In this document: positions 47,849-57,000 of the stretch, one piece after another
Layout: every line of letters starts with the position of its first letter
How positions within the stretch are numbered: position 1 is the stretch's first letter
Origin: Candidatus Multivoradales bacterium
GTDB taxonomy: Bacteria; Acidobacteriota; Thermoanaerobaculia; Multivoradales; Multivoraceae
Length of the DNA stretch: 64,000 nucleotides
Direction of reading: 5' to 3'
Assembly (NCBI GenBank): GCA_965223325.1
Contig: CBDCWI010000002.1
Coordinates: 1,504,001-1,568,000, forward strand
Made by a program: the position numbers and the translations under genes
Notes under the pieces: generated by a model
The model's database searches: none
Told to the model about the DNA's origin: nothing
The model's input: the letters and a program-made list of their open reading frames with translations, nothing else

Positions 47849-48616
47849 ATGTCAGACCACTCCCAGAAGCCTCGAACAGGCGAAAGCACCTTGATGACCG
47901 GCGCGAGTTCTGGAATCGGTCGAGCGATCGCCGAGCGACTGTTGTCGGAGGGGCGAAACGTGGTGAGCCTGGGGCGGCGGCGCCCGGAGCCGGCAGGCGA
48001 GGGAGAGCTCACCTGGTTCGAGCTCGACTTGAGCGACACCGTTCGAATGCCCCAACGGCTGGCCACGATTCAGCAGGCTCTGCGTGAAACGCACACTGGG
48101 AGCCCAATCGATCAGTTCATCTTCTGCGCCGGGCGCGGTCGCTTCGGCGCGCTCGAAGAGTTCTCCTTCGCGCAGATTCACGAGTTGATCGACCTCAACT
48201 TCACCAGCACGGCATTCCTGGTGCGTGCCTTTATGCCCGAGATCAAAGCCGCCGGCGACCGTGCACGGGTGGTGTTTCTGGGCTCGGAAGCCGGTATCGA
48301 AGGTCGCAAGCGAGCGACCCTCTATGCCGCGTCGAAGTTCGCGCTGCGCGGCTTCGCTCAGGCCCTGCGTCAAGACCTCTCGTCGAGCGGCGCCGCGGTC
48401 AGCCTCATCCAACCCGGTCTGGTGCGCACACCGTTCTACGACGAGCTCGGCTTCGAGCCCGGCGCCGCGGCCGACGAGGCCCTGGAGGCCACAGACGTAG
48501 CCGAAGCAGTGTGCCTGGCTCTCCGAGCGCGCGCCGGCACGGTCGTTGAGGAGGTTACGCTCCGACCGCTCAAGAACGTGGTCCGCAAGCGGCGCCCGGG
48601 AACCGAAGCCTCCTGA
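47849..48616 (+). CDS. SDR oxidoreductase
   Basis: TGASSGIG, CAGRG, YAASKFALRG, PGLVRT. Confidence 0.9.
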   Translation: MSDHSQKPRTGESTLMTGASSGIGRAIAERLLSEGRNVVSLGRRRPEPAGEGELTWFELDLSDTVRMPQRLATIQQALRETHTGSPIDQFIFCAGRGRFGALEEFSFAQIHELIDLNFTSTAFLVRAFMPEIKAAGDRARVVFLGSEAGIEGRKRATLYAASKFALRGFAQALRQDLSSSGAAVSLIQPGLVRTPFYDELGFEPGAAADEALEATDVAEAVCLALRARAGTVVEEVTLRPLKNVVRKRRPGTEAS

Positions 48617-48620
48617 CCCG

Positions 48621-51335
48621 CTACGCGGTTTCGCGGTATGCGGTTCGGCTGCGCAACCCGGCCCATAGCGAAAGGAGCCCGAGCGCCAGAACCGCCGCCC
48701 CCGGCCAGCTCCCTTGGGCTTGCAACCAGACGGGCCCGCGACGAGCCGAGGCGGCCGCCAGCGGTACGACGCGCTCACCGTTGCCGACCAGAACGAACGC
48801 TGCCCACACTCCCATCGGCCGGCTCGGATCACCGCGCCACTGCCGCTTGGTCGAGAGCAACGCCGACCCGACGGTCTCGCCCCGCGCAAGACGCTCATAA
48901 ACCTCGCCCATGAAGTCGGCGGTCGATCGATCGTCGATTCGCCAGCGACTGGCGATGACGCTGTCGGCCCCCGCCATCTGGAAGGCGTGTGCCAGACCGA
49001 GCAGGCCGCGGCTCTCCCCGCTGGCGCTATCCCCCGTCTGGCAGGCGGAGAGCACCACCAGCGGACGATCGAGTGTCAGCCGCGAGATCTCGCGCGCCTG
49101 CAGGAGACCGTCCTCGAGCGGCTCGGGCGACGGCGCGAGAAGGAGCGCCGAGCGCTCTGGCCGCCGTACCGAAGCCAGACCATGGGTTGCGAAATGGAGG
49201 ACATCAAAGCGACGCAGGTCCTGGCGCTTCAGCCAGCTCTCCGAAGCCTCGCGACCGGTTCGCACCACACTCCCCTCTGCTGCAAAGCCAGACAGCGCGT
49301 CGACTTCGCGCGCGGTTCCCGGGAGGTGCGCCAGCGCCACTCCTTCGTCCTCGAAACTCGCGAGGTAGACGCCGTCGTCCCACGGCATCGCGACCGACGG
49401 TCCCTCGCCGTCCTCGGACCGGCCGGCAAGCAGGAGAAGCTTCGCGGACTCGCTTTCGGCTTGCGGGTGATGGTCAGCCTCATGACGCTCGACCAGGTTC
49501 GAAAGCGACACGTCGTGCACCACCATGTGAGTCTCGAGCAGCGGCCGGGGGTCTGCGCGGCGATCGCGTGTCCGGGGCGAGAGGATCTCGACCGGAAGCT
49601 CTGTCAACGCTCCACTAGCCAGCACGCGCAGGCGAGAGTACGAGCCCAACCGATCGCCCACGCTCCCGAACACCAGGTCTGCGAGTCCCACCGACGTCGC
49701 CTCCGCCGCCTCGCGACGGTCAGACTCGATGTGTTGTACCAGCAGTTGAATCCTCCGTGCGAGATCGTCACACGGCCGTTCGGCGACGTCAGAGTTCGCA
49801 CCCCCGCGGCCCAGGGCAATCACGATGCGGCGGTCGTCGGCGCAGTGTAGGCGGAGCAGAAGCTCGCCCGGGGCCAGCGCGTCGAGAACCCGACTGATTG
49901 CCGCCTGAGAGCGCGCGAGCTCTCGACTGTTCGCGCCCTCGTCGACCTCGGAGGTCGAGAAGAAGTCGGTCGCACCGACAGTAGACTCGATGAGCGGCAG
50001 GTCGAGCTCGAGTCGCTCGAGGACCCACAACAGCAGGTTGCGGTCCTCGCGCGGCAACGCCGGATCGGCAAGCCGCGCATGGAGGGCGCTGAGTTCACGC
50101 TTGGTCGCCTCATCGCGCTCGAGGGTGACTCCCTCGTCGTTGCGCAACAGCTGACTCTCGAGCGCCAGCAAGGCCTGCCCGACGTCACCGTCTTGACCGC
50201 GTGCCAGGAGCGCTCTAGCGCGCAGCTCTCCGAGCACCCGAACCTCTCGGTTCAACTCCTGTCGCTCGGCGGCGCCATGAAGGGCCGCTCGGCGTCGACT
50301 GACTTCTGAATCCGCCAGGGAGAGCTGGGTGAGGCTCTCATCGGCGTGCCCGTCTTCGAGCGCCACTCGGGCCAACCAGGCACGTGCCCGCCACCGTAGC
50401 CCCGGGCGCTCTCCCACCGCGAGTGCCCGCGAAACGAGGGCCGACGCGCGCCCCGAGTTTCCTCGCAGGCGCTCCACCGACGCCAGATCGAGCAGGCGAT
50501 GGGCCTCGGGGTCGGTGAGACCGGCAGAACGATAGAAGGCAGCGCTGGCCTCGAGATGCTGTTTAGAGACCGCGAGGTCCGGGACCTTCCCGGGTCGCTG
50601 TTCCATGAGAGCCGCACCCAGGACGGCCTCAATCCAGGCGATCTCGGCAGGACGTCGTGCGGCACGCGCCAGGTCGAGCGCTCTTGCGAGTGCCTCCTGG
50701 CCCTGGCGTGCGTCGCCTGAGAAGGCGTGGTGATTTCCAAGTCGCAACAACGCGTCGATTCGCCCCTGGACCCCACCTGCTCGCTCGGCCTTCTCGAGCA
50801 GGCGTTCGTAGATCTCGCCCGCGAGCCGGTTGGCACCGAGACGTTCATAGGCGGCGGCGAGGTTACCCAGAATGCTGACTTCGAGGTCTTCGTCCCCTGG
50901 ACCGATCTCGTCTAGCGCGGTCTCGAGCAGCCGCATCGACTGATCGAGGTACCCGAGGACTCGCATCGTGATGCCGAGGTCCTTCATCGCGACCAGCGTG
51001 CCGAACCGATCCCGGCGCAGCCGATGGAGGGCGAGCGCCCCGGTGAAAGCCGCCGCGGCACGCGCCTCCTGGTTGAGATAGAAGAGTGCGTTCCCCTTGG
51101 CCTCGAGCGCGGCGGCCTCGACGCGCTGGTCGCCGCCGCTTTCAGCCGCAACCAGCTCGAGCACCGCGTCGGCTTCTGCTAGCGCCTCGCGGTAGCGACC
51201 CTCCGCCTGGAAGGCGCGCGACCGCTCCAGCATCTCGTCGGGTACGGAGCGGGCGGCCAACACCGAAGGCACCGTGCCGAGCAAAAGGAGCAGCGCAAAT
51301 CCCACCGAGTGCGGGATGGAGCGGCAATTGATCAT
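48621..51335 (-). CDS. TPR-CHAT (caspase-like) protease with signal peptide and C-terminal TM anchor
   Basis: N-terminal FALLLLLGTVPSVLA; TPR repeats; LHFATHG and VVLSACQTG (His/Cys dyad), SRWRIDD, WAAFVLVG; C-terminal GAAVLALGLLSLWAG followed by basic residues. Confidence 0.88.
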   Translation of the reverse strand: MINCRSIPHSVGFALLLLLGTVPSVLAARSVPDEMLERSRAFQAEGRYREALAEADAVLELVAAESGGDQRVEAAALEAKGNALFYLNQEARAAAAFTGALALHRLRRDRFGTLVAMKDLGITMRVLGYLDQSMRLLETALDEIGPGDEDLEVSILGNLAAAYERLGANRLAGEIYERLLEKAERAGGVQGRIDALLRLGNHHAFSGDARQGQEALARALDLARAARRPAEIAWIEAVLGAALMEQRPGKVPDLAVSKQHLEASAAFYRSAGLTDPEAHRLLDLASVERLRGNSGRASALVSRALAVGERPGLRWRARAWLARVALEDGHADESLTQLSLADSEVSRRRAALHGAAERQELNREVRVLGELRARALLARGQDGDVGQALLALESQLLRNDEGVTLERDEATKRELSALHARLADPALPREDRNLLLWVLERLELDLPLIESTVGATDFFSTSEVDEGANSRELARSQAAISRVLDALAPGELLLRLHCADDRRIVIALGRGGANSDVAERPCDDLARRIQLLVQHIESDRREAAEATSVGLADLVFGSVGDRLGSYSRLRVLASGALTELPVEILSPRTRDRRADPRPLLETHMVVHDVSLSNLVERHEADHHPQAESESAKLLLLAGRSEDGEGPSVAMPWDDGVYLASFEDEGVALAHLPGTAREVDALSGFAAEGSVVRTGREASESWLKRQDLRRFDVLHFATHGLASVRRPERSALLLAPSPEPLEDGLLQAREISRLTLDRPLVVLSACQTGDSASGESRGLLGLAHAFQMAGADSVIASRWRIDDRSTADFMGEVYERLARGETVGSALLSTKRQWRGDPSRPMGVWAAFVLVGNGERVVPLAAASARRGPVWLQAQGSWPGAAVLALGLLSLWAGLRSRTAYRETA

Positions 51336-52048
51336 CGGTGAGGTGATTCCCCAGGTGGCCCGACTGCAGCCGGAAGAAGCGGGGAGACACGTTCGAAGGA
51401 TCCTTCGAACCACAAGTAGCGAAAGAAGTAGGTCTCTCCCTCCACCAGTTGACCCAGCACGGCCGGAGGAACGGTGCGCCACTCGCTCGAGTCGTCGTCA
51501 TGGCTACCCGAGAGTGAACCCCTCTGCTCGCTTTGCCAGACCACATTCGAGGCGCGATCGAAGAGCTCGACACGGAAACTCGAGACGACAGCAGATGGCA
51601 AGGGTCGGACATGTGCGAGGACGAGGTCAGGCGGCGGCAGCGGCGATTTCAGATCGGCAACTCGCAGGGGGTCCTCGGTGGCGCCCCCACGAAGGACGGA
51701 CCGGGCCGTGGGCTCCTGGTGCTTTCTGCTCGGCGAGAGATCCCGCCAGAGGAGCCCTGCGCCAACCGTCAGGAGAACCGCCGCGGCCAGCAAGAGAATC
51801 GAACTGCGCCCCGCCGGCGCGCCCGCTGGCGCGAGCTCATCGGCGGCCACGATCGCATCTTCTTCCGGTGACCACGAGCGTAGCGCCTCGAGGCGCAGCA
51901 TCACTTCCGCACAGTCAGCGCACTCGGCGAGGTGATCGGCGACCTGCTGGCGAACGTCCAGACGCGCGCTGCCCAGAAAGGTATCGGCCAACACCTCGGT
52001 CTCCGGGCAGGAAAGCGGTTGCGTCCTCGTACCGGCTGCCCTCATCAC
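51332..52048 (-). CDS. Zinc-finger (zf-HC2/ZAS) anti-sigma factor, single TM
   Basis: CP...HLAECADC, TM ILLLAAAVLLTVGAGLLW, extracytoplasmic domain; 4-nt overlaps with both neighbours. Confidence 0.85.
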   Translation of the reverse strand: MMRAAGTRTQPLSCPETEVLADTFLGSARLDVRQQVADHLAECADCAEVMLRLEALRSWSPEEDAIVAADELAPAGAPAGRSSILLLAAAVLLTVGAGLLWRDLSPSRKHQEPTARSVLRGGATEDPLRVADLKSPLPPPDLVLAHVRPLPSAVVSSFRVELFDRASNVVWQSEQRGSLSGSHDDDSSEWRTVPPAVLGQLVEGETYFFRYLWFEGSFERVSPLLPAAVGPPGESPHR

Positions 52049-52746
52049 GATCGCTCCGCTTCCGGTTCAGACAGTGAAGTGCGGCGAGACACCTCGGGCT
52101 CTTCGTCGCGCGCCAGAATGTGTCGCAGGTCAGCCAGGCCACGGTAGGCCAGGTTGCGAGCCTTGCCTTCTGTCCAGTCGAGCAGCCGGCCGATCTCCGC
52201 CGGCGAGAAGCCCTGCAAATGGAGCTGCACGGCGCGCCGTCGACCCTCAGACAGTTGGGCCAGCCCGTCCCGAATGCGGCGCGAGATCTCACGTGAGCGC
52301 GCCTGCCGTTCCGGCGTGGCCTGCGGGCTCTCGATTCGGTCGATCAGGCCTGGATCCGATTCGAGCTGGTCCTCGCGGCGGCGGCGGGCGACGCGAATGG
52401 CATCAATCGCAGCGGTCACCCCAACCCGCCGGACGTAGGAAGCAGAGAGCAACCCGCCGCCTCGCTCGTCGAGCGCCGGCGCTGTGTCGGATTGGTGGCG
52501 ACCCAAAAGCCGCTGCACGAGTGCTTTGTGCAAGCGCAGGATCGCATCCTGCTCGATGTCGTCGCGGTCGATGCCATAACTCGCTGGGCAGGTATCACCA
52601 ATCGCCCGCCTCAGGACTCCCTGATAGCGCTCGAGCACCGCTTCGAGCTGCTCGAACGACGCCTCCTCGACCTTCGACTCCGCGGAGTCTGGCGCTGGGT
52701 CCTGGTGGCTGTTGGGTGGAGAAGGCATTGCTTGGCGGGAACTCAC
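52045..52746 (-). CDS. ECF RNA polymerase sigma factor
   Basis: Region 2 DDIEQDAILRL, region 4 LSEGRRRAVQLHLQGFSPAEIGRLLDWTEGKARNLAYRGL; start GTG 52746 or ATG 52728. Confidence 0.9.
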   Translation of the reverse strand: MSSRQAMPSPPNSHQDPAPDSAESKVEEASFEQLEAVLERYQGVLRRAIGDTCPASYGIDRDDIEQDAILRLHKALVQRLLGRHQSDTAPALDERGGGLLSASYVRRVGVTAAIDAIRVARRRREDQLESDPGLIDRIESPQATPERQARSREISRRIRDGLAQLSEGRRRAVQLHLQGFSPAEIGRLLDWTEGKARNLAYRGLADLRHILARDEEPEVSRRTSLSEPEAERS

Positions 52747-52786
52747 TGGCAGGGACCCGGCACGTCGCGGCTTTCACCTCTCCCAT

Positions 52787-52824
52787 TCTGTAGAGGAACG
52801 TCTCAGAGAGGGGTTTCTTCTCAC
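52787..52824 (-). promoter_or_regulatory. Putative ECF promoter (autoregulatory) for the sigma/anti-sigma/CHAT operon
   Basis: Minus strand GTGAGAAG-aaacccctctctgag-ACGT-tcctctac-AGA. Confidence 0.65.
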
Positions 52825-52897
52825 CGCGCACGCTCGGGCCCGGAAACACAGGCCGAATCTTAAATTTTTGAGGTTTTCGGTGCAATTTCCTAGAAAA

Positions 52898-52935
52898 GTG
52901 AGAAGGAGGAGAGTTCAAAAACGTGTAATTATAGA
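52898..52935 (+). promoter_or_regulatory. Putative ECF promoter for the divergent surface-protein operon
   Basis: Plus strand GTGAGAAG-gaggagagttcaaaa-ACGT-gtaattat-AGA; same boxes and spacing as the minus-strand copy. Confidence 0.65.
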
Positions 52936-53003
52936 GAAACTACGGACTGGGTCTTCCAATCCGAGGTTTCGCAACCTGTGACAACCCAACGAGACCCAAG
53001 ACC

Positions 53004-56000
53004 ATGAACCCCCAGCTCTTCCGTATCGTGCCATTCTCTCTTCTTGTCCTCGCCATCCTGCCGACTCACGGGCAAGCTCAGCAGTGCACTGCCGGCGGCG
53101 ACGTGCTCGCCTGCCTCGAAGTCCAGAACGATGCGTCTCTACGCAGTGACGAAGTCGCGTTCTCGAGCGTACCGATCGCGGCGTCGGCAGCGCTACTCAA
53201 CACCGATTCGCTGTTCGTCGAGGACCTGGACGACAACCCGGTTCCGGCACAGTTCAAAGTGATCGCACGATGGGGTGGCACGCGTGACAACGCCACCCGC
53301 CCGATCCGCTGGCTCGAGGTTGCAATCCAGGACGCGATCGCTGCCGACACCACCGAGTCCTATCGACTACGCGTGGATGCCGGTGGCATGCCTCCTTCTG
53401 TCCCGACACCTCTGGTGGTGACCAACGCCGGCAACGACTGGACCGTCGACACCGGCCCGGCGACCTTCACAATCGACGCCACCAACCCGGCGCTGCTCGA
53501 CACCGTCGCCCTGGGCGCCGCAACAATCTACCAACACAGCGCCGGCAGTGGTCCGCGACTCGAGCTCACCGGTGGCGCGGTGCTCGACACCTCTGGCGCC
53601 GGTGAAGTGGTCATCGATTCCGGTTCGTTTCAGGTCCTCGAGAGTGGGCCGTTGAAGGCCAGTTTCGCCGTCACTGGTCACTTCATCGACGCGGGTGGTA
53701 GCAGTCTGTGCAGCGAGGTCACGCCGGCCTACGAATCGCTGGGGTACACGGCAGTTCTGACCTTCACCCGCGGCACTTCACACATCGACATGCAAGTGCA
53801 TCTGCGCAACGAGTGCCTCGACGCGATGTTCGGCCCCTTCACCGGCGGCGCACGGTCTTTTGACCGATTCTCCTGGGAACTGGCAACCAACCTGCCAACG
53901 AACATCCGTCTCGTCGCGGCCAGCGGTGCGGTGCAATCGAGCGCCGGCGATGTGTCCGCCGAACAGCAAAAGGGCGCGGGCGACCCCTGGGCCCGTCGCG
54001 CCCGGGCACGGGCCAACGGCACGACGGTCGAGACTGTCGAAGCGGCTGCCAACCCGATCGTCGCCGTGGGCGACTCTTCAATCATGGCGAGCGCCCAGAT
54101 CTCGTGGATGCGCTTCCGGGAGCCACAGGCGGTGGCCACCGAGGGTGCAACGGTTTCGCTGCGCTTTATCTCCGAGCCGCTGGTGGTCGGCGGCGGCAAA
54201 GGCATCTGGAACACCGCCCGGGTCAGCTTCCCCACCGGTGTCACCGATGGTGCTGCACTCGAGGGGCTGCGTACCGCCAACCAACTCGCCCTCGAACGCG
54301 GTCTCCTGGTGCGCGCGACGCGCGACGATGTGAACGCCGCCGGAGTCTTCCCCGGCCTCGGCACCGACGCGGCCTCGCTTTTCAAGACCGACTACGAAGC
54401 CTTCCTCGACCTCTGGCACGGCGAAACGGTCGACTCCGGTGGGCAACACGAGCTCGCCAAGACTTTCGGCTCTCAGCTGTGGCCCGACACGCAGGGCAAC
54501 ACCTGGGCACGAGTCGAAGACACCATTGGCCCGACGAACAACCCCGGCGGCCTCAACTACTGGAACACGTCGAGAGTCGAGCTGCTCGAGTGGTTCCGCA
54601 CAGGCGACCCGACCTGGGTGTGGGAGCTCTCTCTTCCGCTCACCTGGCAACAGGTGATTTCGGCGTACGTCAACCTCGGCGACAACGACGACGGGTTCAA
54701 GAACGGGCTCAACCTCACCAGCCCGATCTGCGATGGTGCCGGCGGTCTCTGCGAAGAAGGTCAGTGGTATCGCTACGCCGGTGGTTCCGACGACTACGGC
54801 TACACCTTCGGCAACCTCGGCTACGTCGTGCGCCCGAACTATCCGCTCGAGCGGCGCTTCGCGGCTGCCGGACGCACGGTGCTCGACCGCTACAACATCC
54901 CGCGCGCCCAGCAGGCAACCCGCCAGCAGTTCGTCAACCAAGTCTCACCGGAACGCCAGATCGTCCAGCACTTCGTGCAGCTCGCCAACTGCGCCGAGTT
55001 CGTTGGTGGCGCCACCGGCCAGGCGTGCCACGACCAGCTCATGCTGACTCTCGAAGAGCTGGTGGAAGAAAACATGAGCACGGGCCTGATCTGCCAGGGC
55101 GACATCCAACCTGCCGACCCGAGTCTGTGTATGCCCAATGGTGGCAACCCGGCACTCGACTGGTGCGACTGCGTGATGCCGCAGCAGTTCATCCTCAACA
55201 GTCTGATGATGCCGTTTCTGACCCGCATGTACCTCAACTACGGCGACATCTCGGATGGCCTGTTGGACGGGCTGACGCTCACCCAGTTCCACACCTACCG
55301 GGAGACCCTTACGATCCCTGAGGCGACGACGCCCGACCAGCCGAGTGATCCCGAGCGCCCGGCGATTCCCTTCAACCCGCCGCAGGATTGGCTCGGCCAA
55401 CCTGGCTGGGACACCGACACCATGCCCTTCACCGTCGTCGATGTCGATGTGGTCGACAACGACCCGGCGACCACCGACCCCTCGGGCGACCCGGCCAATC
55501 TGCTGCTCGAACCCAACAAACCGCAGGCAATGGCCTGGCTGATGCTCGCGCACCAACTCGACCCATCGGTCGACCTGTGCGCCGTCGCCCGCGCGACGCT
55601 CCAGGACCAGTTCATGCTCGACGCCTGGGACGAGTACCAAGGGTTCTTGGGCTGGGGCAAGGGTCCCGCCCAGGTGATGCAGGGAATCGCTTTCGGCCTG
55701 CACGCCTACGACACCTGTACGGCGGGAGGTAACGCGGCACCGCAGGTCGACATCACGGCGCCGGCAAACGCTGCCACCTTCGCCTCTGGAGCGACCGTCA
55801 ACTTCACGGCGACCGCGACCGACGCTGAAGACGGCAATCTCGCCGCTTCGGTGGTCTGGACTTCGAACCTCGACGGGCCCCTCGGCACCGGGGCCATGGT
55901 TGCCGCCAACCCTGGTGATGGCACGCACACGGTGACCGCCGCGGTCACCGACTCGGGCGGTACGACCGCCACCGACACCATCACCATCACCGTTGGCAGC

Positions 56001-56876
56001 GGCGGTGGCAACAACCCGCCGCAGGTCACCGTTACCGCACCGGCGAACGGCGCCGAATTCGCTTCGGGTGAAACGGTCCAGCTCACAGCCACAGCCACCG
56101 ATACGGAAGACGGCAATCTCGCCGCCTCGGTGGTCTGGACTTCGGACCGCGACGGCGCTCTGGGTACCGGCTCGCCGCTCAATACCACGCTCTCCGAGGG
56201 TGCCCACACGATCACGGCTTCGGTGACCGACAACGACTCCGCGACCGATACCGACACAGTCGACGTGACGATCGCCGCCGGCCCTAGCTGCCGCGAGGCC
56301 CTGGTTGTCGACCAGGATTTCGAAGCCGGCCTCGGCGACTGGACGACCGGCAGCCTCTGGCACCTGGCGACAAACTCCACCTGCGCGCCCCCGGGCTACA
56401 GCTCAGCTTCAACCAGCGCCTACTTCGGCCAGGACGCCACCTGCAACTACTCGACCGGCGCGCGAGTTGCCGGCAATCTCACGTCACCGCCGATCGAAGG
56501 CATCAGCGCTCTTTCGGTTCTGCGCTTCATGTACTTCCGAGAAGTCGAAGACGAGCCGATGGCGACCGTCGACATCACCCAGGTCGACGCGCGACCTGCC
56601 GGAAGTGGTAGCGCCTGGACGACGCTCTGGGTACGCAACTCGAGCGACCCCTCGAGCGCCACCTGGACGCCGTCGGGTGACCCTTCGCTCGCGGCCTTCC
56701 TAGACCAGACGATCGAAGTGCGCTTTCGGTTCGACAGCGACGACGAACAGTTCAACACGACAGTCGGCTGGCTGATCGACGACATCGAAGTCACCGGCTG
56801 CGAGCAGCCTCTCTTCGAGGACGGCTTCGAATCCAACGACACGACGGCGTGGGATCGCGCCATTGGCCTGCCATGA
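53004..56876 (+). CDS. Large secreted protein: PcRGLX/YetA-like (RIFT barrel + alpha-toroid lyase-fold) region, two Ig-like domains, jelly-roll domain, C-terminal FxDGFES motif
   Basis: Signal peptide ending GQA; VPAQFKVIARW..IRWLEV, TVDTGPATFTI, ESGPLKA, WFRTGDP; tandem PQVxITAPAN..TATATDxEDG repeats; LFEDGFESNDTTAWD. Confidence 0.7.
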   Translation: MNPQLFRIVPFSLLVLAILPTHGQAQQCTAGGDVLACLEVQNDASLRSDEVAFSSVPIAASAALLNTDSLFVEDLDDNPVPAQFKVIARWGGTRDNATRPIRWLEVAIQDAIAADTTESYRLRVDAGGMPPSVPTPLVVTNAGNDWTVDTGPATFTIDATNPALLDTVALGAATIYQHSAGSGPRLELTGGAVLDTSGAGEVVIDSGSFQVLESGPLKASFAVTGHFIDAGGSSLCSEVTPAYESLGYTAVLTFTRGTSHIDMQVHLRNECLDAMFGPFTGGARSFDRFSWELATNLPTNIRLVAASGAVQSSAGDVSAEQQKGAGDPWARRARARANGTTVETVEAAANPIVAVGDSSIMASAQISWMRFREPQAVATEGATVSLRFISEPLVVGGGKGIWNTARVSFPTGVTDGAALEGLRTANQLALERGLLVRATRDDVNAAGVFPGLGTDAASLFKTDYEAFLDLWHGETVDSGGQHELAKTFGSQLWPDTQGNTWARVEDTIGPTNNPGGLNYWNTSRVELLEWFRTGDPTWVWELSLPLTWQQVISAYVNLGDNDDGFKNGLNLTSPICDGAGGLCEEGQWYRYAGGSDDYGYTFGNLGYVVRPNYPLERRFAAAGRTVLDRYNIPRAQQATRQQFVNQVSPERQIVQHFVQLANCAEFVGGATGQACHDQLMLTLEELVEENMSTGLICQGDIQPADPSLCMPNGGNPALDWCDCVMPQQFILNSLMMPFLTRMYLNYGDISDGLLDGLTLTQFHTYRETLTIPEATTPDQPSDPERPAIPFNPPQDWLGQPGWDTDTMPFTVVDVDVVDNDPATTDPSGDPANLLLEPNKPQAMAWLMLAHQLDPSVDLCAVARATLQDQFMLDAWDEYQGFLGWGKGPAQVMQGIAFGLHAYDTCTAGGNAAPQVDITAPANAATFASGATVNFTATATDAEDGNLAASVVWTSNLDGPLGTGAMVAANPGDGTHTVTAAVTDSGGTTATDTITITVGSGGGNNPPQVTVTAPANGAEFASGETVQLTATATDTEDGNLAASVVWTSDRDGALGTGSPLNTTLSEGAHTITASVTDNDSATDTDTVDVTIAAGPSCREALVVDQDFEAGLGDWTTGSLWHLATNSTCAPPGYSSASTSAYFGQDATCNYSTGARVAGNLTSPPIEGISALSVLRFMYFREVEDEPMATVDITQVDARPAGSGSAWTTLWVRNSSDPSSATWTPSGDPSLAAFLDQTIEVRFRFDSDDEQFNTTVGWLIDDIEVTGCEQPLFEDGFESNDTTAWDRAIGLP
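55731..56277 (+). repeat. Tandem duplicated Ig-like domain (279-nt period)
   Basis: 39-nt block at 55827-55865 and 56106-56144 is identical at 38/39 positions. Confidence 0.85.
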
Positions 56877-57000
56877 TCCCCCGCCCCCTTACGGCGCTCG
56901 CATGAGCACACGAAACCGCCCGCTCCGGCTGCACGCTGGACCGGGCGGTTGGAGGTTCCAGATGACACCTTCGAGAACCCAGAAGACCTCGCGAATCTCC

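Noticed and set aside
48621-52746. Interpretation as a type III-E CRISPR (Craspase) or other anti-phage locus
   Set aside because: No cas genes or repeat-spacer array in the window, and the CHAT appears exported and membrane-anchored.
52595-52786. ATG right after the minus-strand ECF promoter motif, opening a 63-codon out-of-frame ORF over the sigma 5' end
   Set aside because: It could be a leaderless uORF, but the peptide has no features and chance occurrence is likely; Ribo-seq would be needed.
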